A stretch of 64,000 nt of DNA from Phoronis australis. Its lineage: Eukaryota; Animalia; Phoronida. Each line of letters opens with the position of its first letter. Position 1 is the first letter of the stretch. The translations under genes and the position numbers were made by a program. The stretch spans positions 209,198 to 273,197 of the forward strand of contig NMRA01000293.1 of assembly GCA_002633005.1 (NCBI GenBank), written 5' to 3'. Below are positions 54,523-64,000 of this stretch, piece by piece. Below the pieces are notes generated by a model. That model was not told the origin of the DNA. It searched no databases and worked only from the letters and a program-made list of their open reading frames with translations.

Positions 54523-55501
54523 GCACAAAAATATGTCACTTTCAAACAATCATCTCATAAAATGTCCATATATACAGTCATGACAATTTTAAGTTCACAA
54601 TGAACATTATTTTCAACTGCCAACTTTCATTATAAACTTGGCTATAAACATGACGCAGCACTTGTTGCCAATAACATGATTCTTCAACCTTCAAAACATC
54701 TCTAAGAATATTTTGGCGTAGCATTACCACAAAAACAGATACAATATAAATGTGCAGGTTCAGAATTGAAAGTGCAAGCTACATAACCTAATTGGGGGTA
54801 CATTTTGGAACACCCCGTATTGCTCTACATCCTGTTCATGCCTTGTAGGCAGGACTCATTTGAAACCAAAATAATTATAATTATTATTGTTATTATTGTT
54901 ATTAAAAAACAAAACAAAAGAGCCGCACCCTCAAATAATGACAAAAATAACCAAAGATGGCTCTGTGTGAGGCTTTAACAAACTGAAGATACATGTATCC
55001 ATTCATGACAGAGAGAACCAGACTTCTTTCATGACAAGCAATATCTCTGTAGTATCTAATTGACAGTTGGACCACTACCACACCTGTATACTGCACCCAT
55101 GTGGACAAACACTTCTGTTGGAAGCCCTTAATACTTATCCATAAACATGGTACAGTTATACAATTTTACATTACTGAGGTAGCAGGTCCTACTAAACGTG
55201 CACGTGGACATATTTAGGCCAGGAATAAATGAATGGTCAGTATTTGGTGGCCAAATCTATTAAAACTACACACATCACTAATCAAGCCTTGAATAAATCC
55301 AGAATAAGCAACGAATCAAGCTGCAGATCAGTAATGAATGAACTCTACTCCATTCATTGTGTAATTCCAATGTGTAAACTGCAGGTTTGTAAAAACTGCA
55401 GTGTGAGACAAGAAAAACCTTAAGAAGTCAATACTGGAAAATGTATATCCTCAGAAATATGTCGCCACTGTCCTGGCACAGAGACACATAGTGTGAGTAA
55501 C

Positions 55502-58500
55502 CTACTGAATAATACTGCACCACAGATTATAAGAGCACGCATTCACAAACCCCTGCAGGTGGTTCTGCATTGCGTAGGCAGGCAGGCTGGGGGTGGTGGG
55601 GGTATGCTCCTCCCTCGGGACACACTCTCGGTACATGGCACACAGATCCTGCAAACACATTCGGCTGTTTTATGAAAAACAAAACTTCCTGAGGAATAAG
55701 TTCATAGAATCATCATTCAACAAAGTAATTATCAACAACTTCATGTTTATAGTACTTAGCTAAGCAATGTAGAATTGACACACAGCACACAATGTTACAC
55801 TATTGACCTACAACACAAGCCATTTAATTCATTTGAAGCCATGCAACATGGTGTTCTTGCAGCACTCTTTCAAAATTAGATTATTCAGCGATCTCTAAAA
55901 ATTTCTCTCAATTTGTCCTTTACCCAGGTTAGAAACTGTGAGTTACAAAGGAACTCAGACATTTATACACTTGGCTTGGGACTCAACTCTTTGTTCGAGA
56001 TAAACATTTTTAAAGTCACAAAAAACATTAAGGATGATAGGCAATCAGGCAATAGACTGGTTTCCAATGGAGACATTACAACACAACCACGGTTGTTATT
56101 TTCGGTATTAAGCTGGTGGGGAGAGCATACACAGTGGAACTGCTGTTTTATGTATGACAGTGCAGGGAAGCAGCTTAATCATATAAGTTAGTTCTACTAC
56201 ATCATCGAAAGCCATAGAACATAGAGTAATGTTCCGCTAATCTATAATGACTTCTGCATCGGTTGTGTGCCTGTCACTTACTGCCTTCATGTTGTTGGTA
56301 TCCACTTTCAGCAGAATAAACGCATCGAGATAGTTGGGGTTTAACACAGCCTGGAAAATAAAATTCAACTTTAAACTGTGTCTAAACCCCTTAAAGTGGC
56401 TACAAACCTGCATCGCATTGAAGAAAGCACCTGTTGATTTACATCACTTGCCGCAATATAAAATATTGATCTTACTCAGAACTGATTTTTGGTCTTGAAA
56501 AGAACATGACAGTTCAGTATTGCTCGGATCATGCTCAGTGAATACAATGGTATGCTATGACAAGTCACCTTGTACAGACTGGTCTTCAGCAGTAACAAAG
56601 TGTCAATTCTTTCCCAGTCCAAAAATCACGTCTACTTTGACTAAGAAACAGTTCGAGACCAATTTCATAATGGTAAGTGGTCCAAATCAAAAGCTGTTTT
56701 TTGTCACGGAATATACCCAGTTTAAACGAAGATATCTGTGAACAGCATAGTTAGTCAGGCTACCCCATCAACTGATGTATTTACATGCAGCTAACTACGA
56801 TTTTGTATAGCAGGAACTAAACGACAATGCTACTTTAACATAACATACACTAAACAAAGTGCAGTTGTATACACTGACAATTTGTAAATGTGAAAACAAA
56901 ACATTCTGCAAATAGGCGACCATGGCACTAATGACGTACCCTGGGGGCTCACATAACTACCATCATGCAGTGTTATTCCCCAACACCAGGTTACGATACT
57001 TACTAGACAAGTTTAATGATGCGCGGCGAATAAATTTCCCCACAGAATTCATTCTTAAAAACATTTGGCAATTTTCAACCTACTTCATACTCACATCGTT
57101 GCTATATGTTGTTCCTAACAATCACAGATATAAAGAATTAGCCTGCAAGTTCCACTTAAAATAGACATCATGTTGTACCATTTGCTTATAGTACACAATA
57201 ATGCAAAGTGGCCGTGAATTAATCTTCTTAAGGACTTCATGTACTACGCTGGGCACACTATTATTTGAATAAATTAATAGGTTATTATACACTCATGGTG
57301 CCGGTACCCATGTATATGCTATTGTTGTGAGAACACAGGGGGCGCTGGTCCCCATGTGTATGCTAGTGTTAGGAGAACACAGGGGGTGCCAGTCCCCATG
57401 TGTATGCTACTGTTGAGAGAACACAGGGGATGCCAGTCCCCATGTGTATGCTACTGTTGAGAGACCACAGGAGGCGCCGGTCCCCATGTCTATGCTACTG
57501 TTGAGAGAACACAGGGGGCGCCGGTCCCCATGTCTATGCTACTGTTGAGAGAACAAAGGGGGTGCCGGTCCCCATGGATATGCCACTGTTGAGAGAACAC
57601 AGGGGGCGCCGGTACCTATGGATATGCTACTGTTGGAAGAACATAGGAGGTGCCAGTCCCCATGTCTTATTGCAGTTACTTACAACATACTCCTCTCGGC
57701 CATCAGTGCTCACATAGTGTCGGTGTGTCTCTGTGTACTTGTGTATGAGAACACGTACTAACTCCTTGTACCAGGCAATGCTCATATTCATGAAGGGACA
57801 CAACTGGCCATCAATGGCACTCAAGGGAACACGTTTGACCACAGTCAGCAGTTCTTTGAACTCCTTGAATGTTAGCTTGCCATTGGTTAAGAACTGAAAA
57901 CATGGGTGAAAATGGATCAATAACAGCACAGTGAATACACAACACTACACTTTAGCGACACATGTAAAAACCCTCAAATGTTTAGAACAGTCTCTTCACT
58001 TAAATAGCAGAAGAGTGAAGGCTTATCTTTAGACACAATTAGGTTAAATTTCATTAAAATTTCTGATTACATGGCCCCTAATTTCTAAGATCTTGATGAG
58101 TATTTCATTGCTGACAATAATGACGACTAAGTGTTATTTGTACCATAATGTAAAAATAAAAAATACGGTCTTAATTCAAAACACATGTTTGTGTCATGAA
58201 ATTGTATTTAATACGTTGTTTATTTTCTGTTGTTTAGGACCACTGAGATTTTATTGGACAACAAAAGACTGTAATCCGTTATTTTCACATATGGTATGAT
58301 ATGAATACAAACGACAATAAGGACTGGTCTGAGCTAAACAGTAGTGCAGGTCTGAGCTAAACAGTAGCAGAGGTCTGAGCCTACAGTATTGGAGGTCTGA
58401 GCTTAACAGTAGTGGAGGTCTGAGCTTACAGGAATGGAGGTCTGAGCTTACAACAGCACAGGTCTGAGCTGACTGTAGTGCAGGTCTGAGCTTACAGTAG

Positions 58501-61500
58501 AGATATATATAAATACAAATCACTCAATATGTGGCAGCTTTTAACACAATATCACAAAGACCAAGATTTCAAGACGATACCTCGTAAACCAAACCGCAGA
58601 CTTCTAATATCTTAAGTAATCAAAATTCTGCTTGTTCCATTCACTAATCACTTCATGTTAGAAAGTATAGCAGACAAACAAGCGAAACGAAATTACCAGA
58701 CACAAAATATATTTCTGAGTAACGAGTTTTGTTAGATTCCTTTTGACGATCATGATACTGTATGCTATGACAACAATTTTCAATGAAGTGTTACCGTGCA
58801 ACAAACCAAACGTCACCTTAACCTTGATTGTAATAACATGGCGACAACAAGCAATTATATAATATTTGTGTAGTTTGCACATTAAAATCCAACAACCTTA
58901 AAAAATATTCGTAAAATAAGACCTGAACCACCTATGACCAACCAATGCGGTCCACTCACCAGGAGGTCGCGACTGTCTTCCGTATCACTGCGTCTCTTTT
59001 TCCTATCCTCCTCCACACTGTTGCCTAGCAACATTCTCTGCCATAAGCCATCCCTTCGACACTGGCTCTTGGCGTTCTCCACCATGCTTTCAATCTTATC
59101 CCTGGATCAAAAATGAGTCGAGCATATATCTCAGTGGAATCATATCCAGGTTGCTAACAATATTCCGTGTTCTTGAGATGGAACATTGTTCCCAAAATGT
59201 TCATTCATTTGATAAATCTAAAAATTCTTCAGTTTAGGACGCAATATGGCATATAAGAGGAATTTACGATTGGCAAAATTTTCAATAAAAATAACTTAAA
59301 GTTACTTTGTTGTCAACATGATTTGTACAGTTGAATTCTCACCACACAACATTTGGTGACATAACGAGCGTTTTCAGCAGATGAGTAAGCTTACGAAAAA
59401 TAAAGTTTACTTATTAAATTGAAAAAAAAATTAATGTAACAAAGCTCAACACTTATCAAACAGTCCAAAGGACCATGATGGTCCTGTCCTGTTACATCAA
59501 CACTGGTCCACACAAGCGATTATTTCAGACAATAAAAGTTAGTTCAATTCATGACTTTATTTCAAGTACTTATCAAATGCTATCAAGTGATTACATCAAG
59601 ACATCTAAACACTAGTCAACAACTATTACTTCAAGGTTAAAAGAATGAATTCAGACTACAACCATCATGGTAACAACTAAAAATTGTCATTTCTAATATT
59701 AACAAACAGGACTACACACAAAAAGATACAATGTCATGCAAACAGCAATACAAAGTCATTGATTAATGCTCATTAGACAAGCTTGAATTAAAAATTTGTT
59801 AACGGCAAACTTCAAATACAATTAAAATTTTACTAACAGCTCCACGAAGTTCACTGTTACATGGTTCAACTACTTTAACTTTGAAATTGATTGGCAATTT
59901 CAGTGAGTAGCACTTTTATTGCAGAATTTCCCAATACTATACCATTTGCCCATTTAATGTCTACATTAAATACCTACTTGACTAGTTTAGCCTCGTGCAG
60001 CAGTGCCTTCATGGCAGGTGTGATCTGACTGTGAAGACCAGCTCCACTTTCACTAGTGTCCACAAGGTGGTGCGAGTTGATCTGCTGTATGACAGATGAA
60101 GGCTGCTGACCCAAGTACACACCGTCAAGGCGAGACTCGAGTCCGTGGGGACCTACCATAGGAAGGCATCACTGGATAATGTTTCATGAAACTATCATTT
60201 TCTGGACCTGCGTCTCACAACTGAGCTGTTTTATTAAAAAGTTGTAATTTAATGTTCACTAATTAGTATATGTAAGCCATTTTTGCAAATATTCCAACTT
60301 GCAGTCTCACTTTTATGCCCATTTTTAACCTTCTATTAACTTAACAGTCTTACTGTAACAGTCTTTTAAATATTAAATCAAGAAAGAAAATGTCTAAAAA
60401 GTAAGACAACACAAATCAGACATAATACCAGAAACTGTAGTAGGAACTGAAGCCCAACAGACACCTTTCTGGTGTAAGTGGATTTTCAGTCAAATCTTCG
60501 ACAGACTTGAAATGTCTCCTTGTAAGTTCTCGAGCTGGGTTAGGTCAAACTAAGGTCAAGCGTTAAGCCTTACAATATTGTAACAAAGCAGACATCATGA
60601 ACCAGAGGCTCTAGACAATTACAACTGGAATCCTCTTGTAAGCCCCTCCCCCAAAATGTTTATCAATAAAAATCAATAATATGAGATTTCTATCATTTAT
60701 GGAAAATCACAGTTTGTTACTCACTAATAAAAAAGAGACCAACTGAGAAAGTAGCTAAAAACAAATGAAGTCTCAATAAATCTGCATCCAGTCAGAAAAT
60801 TAACTTTCAAATTATATTGTTTTATGTTATAAAACTAGTGTCAAATTATTTCATACTTAGACCAGAAGCAATTCCTGGACTTAGGGAAAGCAGGCTGTTT
60901 GTTATATTATTGCTCGAGTACAGACTCAGTAACTAGCCCAGACACTTCAAGTCATTGAAAGCAAAATATTACTGACCCAATAGGCTGATTCAGAGAACAC
61001 ACACTAGATGGAGTATTGGTTGATAGGATGTTCATACTCAGTATAATGAGCCTGGTCTTAAGCCATGCTGAACTGCCACCTGTTGCTTGAAGCAGGCTTT
61101 ATAACAATGAATGTCCTAAATCAAGTTATTTTTACAAGTCTGTCAAAAGAATTTCACTCACTGGCTGAATACTGTTTCACACTAGATGGCGCTGGTCTCT
61201 GAAACGGCAGCTTTTTATCGAGGTTGAGCTTGGGGAAAAGAACTCTTCGGCTGGTGAAGACAATATAGTACTTGAGCCGGAGGATCTTCTCCTGTATGTC
61301 GTCAGGATACGACGTGTCATGGACGATGACCAGACCAACGTCATAATCATCTTGAATATTTGAGCCCTCAATGATGTCAATACCCGAGCACGAGTATTGG
61401 CTTACCAAGGCATACTCATTTTCAGACTGTAAAAAGAATATATAAAACTATTAAGTGCAATACAAGAAAACGCTCAAGTATTTAACTAGGAACTAGATAA

Positions 61501-63497
61501 GTTAATATTTTATGGCCTAGCATAAGTGTTGACTATTGCCCTGGGTATTAGAACATGCCCAAGTACTTAACTAGGAACTATTTAATATTTTAATGGCCCA
61601 GTTACTGTATGCATGCCTGTGCACCAACTTAACATATTTCTAATACATCACAGTGAAAAAACAGAACATTTCAGATATTTTTTTTATGCCACCAGTCTTG
61701 TGTTGTACGATACCGAGTCGACCACTAGCAGGCTTTCACACCTACCAGAAAGATGTCGCATAACCCTACATGAAGTCTATGTCACGCGTGTGCAACATCA
61801 ACATGAGATCCTACAAACCTCATGTGACTTCCTGCTCAGTACTAACAGGTTACGGTTGTAGAACCTTGATGCCAAGGGAAGTGCGACAACTTTTATCACG
61901 CAAAAGGTATCCTTATGATATAAAGTTACCCTTTTCACAGTCTACTTGGCTTGGTTGACATAGCTTTCTGGCCCTTTTTGGGTCTTTCTTCAGTAATTTT
62001 TGTATCGATAATCTGGCCAATCAATAAGTAAATCAATCAAAAATAAATAAACCACCATGAGAGTAATAAGTACAGACTCACATTATCTGAGTCACGGTTG
62101 TGTAACATCATACGGACAGTCTTCATATGGTACACTTTGTCTTTCTGTAACATGTAGTCAAACAGCTGGGGACCCATTAAGTTGTCGTCTTTGAATATCA
62201 ATGTTCCTGGTAATTACAAAAAGTATTGACAGTGGCACAACAGCAAATCCTCAAGGTTAATCAGGGTCTGTCATTAACGTGCTGCTAAGACACCACGGCC
62301 TACCCAAGGGAAGGAAAAGTTATTAGTTCAAGTTGGTGTAATGCGACTGTCAAAGCAAAGAATGGTAGCATCGTTCAAAATAAGTTATAATTCTAAATTA
62401 TAAAACAAAAGGCACCACGGTAAATTTCCAAAGAGGGCTGACTGATATGGACATTACTATACAGCTGTCTAATGCCTGGTGAAATGATGTTCTACTGGAC
62501 AAAAAACTGCCTGAAAAAGGATTTTCAGTAAATTTAAATGTAGTGAAAAAATGAACTTCGGAGCTAAAGCAAAGTTTGTCCATACCTTCAAACAGGTGGT
62601 TCCTGGCAAATGACGGTGCATAAGGATAGAACTTAACAAAATCGCCAAGGAAATTAGACAGGTGATAGCCTCTCTTCAGGATCATCTGCTGACCATCTAG
62701 GTAGCGTTGAATTGAGCGTAGATGAAAGTCGTGGGCAAAGGAATGGACGTGGGTCAACTCTTTGAACTTGTCACACTCATCAGCAAACTAAAATAGTGGA
62801 GATCATGGCACCATGAAATCATTTAGTTCAACACACTCTCTGAACAAGAGAGATCATAAAAATCCATTGTTGAACCAAAAGAATAAATTATCATTGTCAT
62901 TGATTCTCCTGTGGTCATTAAATCAAACCACAACTTTGTCATACTGAGCCCTGTTAGGTCACTGTTGAATATCTTGAAAACTCTTGATATGATGTGTGAG
63001 CATACGTTAGCACTCATTTCTGACAGTTCATGAGTTTTGTTTTGAATTAGCAAACTAATGCCTTGGAACTTAATGATGTCTCTCCTGGAATGCTTTCCAG
63101 TTTCACTCTTTGTCTAGTTTGTGAGAATCATATACCATTACTAATCTTGTCCTGTACTCCCAGTCACAACCATACCAAATCCTGACGATGACCAGATCTG
63201 AAAATGCATTCTCGTCAAAAACCTCAGACGTCACATATTCATTCCTAATTAATCTTCACTTCATATGCACAATCTGAGTCATCACGTACGGGTTGGCTGG
63301 CCCTGTTTCTGTATGGAGATATTCTGGACACATCAAAGGCGTAGATCTTGATGTCAAAGAAGACTTCAAGGAAAGTGAGCTCGACCAAGATGATGCCTCC
63401 AGGGATTGTTTTCTGCAGGTTGAATATGACTGGCGACCTCACCATAGGGTTAGTGCCCTTGACCTCCTCCAAAACCTTTGACCTTGGAGGACGATAG
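55502..63497 (-). CDS. SZT2: KICSTOR complex protein SZT2, last 9 coding exons (gene continues beyond the window)
   Basis: Exons 63497-63290, 62787-62586, 62206-62082, 61426-61162, 60152-59978, 59101-58960, 57893-57684, 56350-56282, 55648-55502 (TAG); GT-AG and in phase. Peptides FADECDKFKELTHVHSFAHDFHLR...GYHLSNFL...FARNHLFEG, EYALVS...QDDYDV...LRLKYYIVFTSRRVLFP, CRRDGLWQRM, FVNACSYNLW match the SZT2 C-terminus as recalled. Confidence 0.9.
57297..57668. repeat. Minisatellite, ~42-bp unit, ~9 copies
   Basis: Unit GGYGCCRGTCCCCATGTSTATGCTACTGTTGAGAGAACACAGG in an SZT2 intron. Confidence 0.95.
58325..58500. repeat. Minisatellite, ~22-bp unit, ~8 copies
   Basis: GGTCTGAGCT recurs every 20-23 bp in an SZT2 intron. 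Confidence 0.92.
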
Positions 63498-64000
63498 CTG
63501 AATAGAGAAAATTACACGTAACTTGAAACACTTTCGAAAATGTTTTTGGCTCTTCATTTAATCTAGGGGGAGCCTGTAGTCTAAAGAAGTTAAGAAGAAA
63601 ATACACAGGATGTACAAAACATGTTATTCCTTCTGATTGTACACAGGTTGCTTAATGTACTTTCAATGTTTTTTTTCAAAAATATTTGTTTGATACTCTG
63701 CCTGGTAACCGAGCCTATTTTGTCACTATTTCTGAGGATTCAACTACACATGTGTGACTGAGTAACCATAAAATTTCAATGCCGCCGTTGCGACTGTGAT
63801 TCAGAGGCCCACGTATTGAAAATGATAATAATTACTGAAATATGTTCAGAAAGAATAACAACCGAAGAGACTATCGGTATCAAACAGAAACTTCATGCTT
63901 CTGGCTCGTTTTTGAAAAAAAAATCCAATATAAAATGGACTATACAAAGTGTACTAATGTCCTGAAATTCAGAAGGAATATTTCTTCACTACCCCACTAA

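Noticed and set aside
57297-58500. Minisatellites as CRISPR arrays
   Set aside because: Head-to-tail units with no unique spacers.
60153-60225. Longer version of the SZT2 exon using the acceptor near 60226
   Set aside because: Contains an in-frame TGA; the acceptor at 60153 gives the correct phase.
61474-61601. Imperfect ~45-bp direct repeat (CAAGTAYTTAACTAGGAACTA)
   Set aside because: Small intronic duplication with no further structure.

Overview
Eukaryotic (AT-rich, intron-containing, most likely marine invertebrate) genomic DNA with one 159-nt assembly gap. Four multi-exon genes could be assembled by hand with GT-AG junctions in consistent phase: an ARSB-like arylsulfatase (+, 8 coding exons, 580 aa), two tandem UDP-glucose 4-epimerase (GALE) paralogs (+, 8 coding exons each; the first has divergent active-site residues, the second is canonical), and the last 9 exons of SZT2 (-). 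There is also an orphan ~315-codon probable terminal exon at 2823-3768. Introns and intergenic DNA hold several mobile elements: three Penelope-like element (PLE) insertions with hammerhead ribozyme motifs (one with a tRNA-derived Pol III cassette inside its terminal repeat, two sharing a GCAA core variant), a Helentron-associated non-autonomous element with 11 co-oriented CTCF-like motifs at ~150-bp spacing, a 5'-inverted RTE-X-like LINE fragment with a 21-bp TSD, MITEs, minisatellites, and two local tandem duplications involving exon ends. All coordinates and comparisons were made by eye; comparisons to human proteins and element families are from memory, not database searches.
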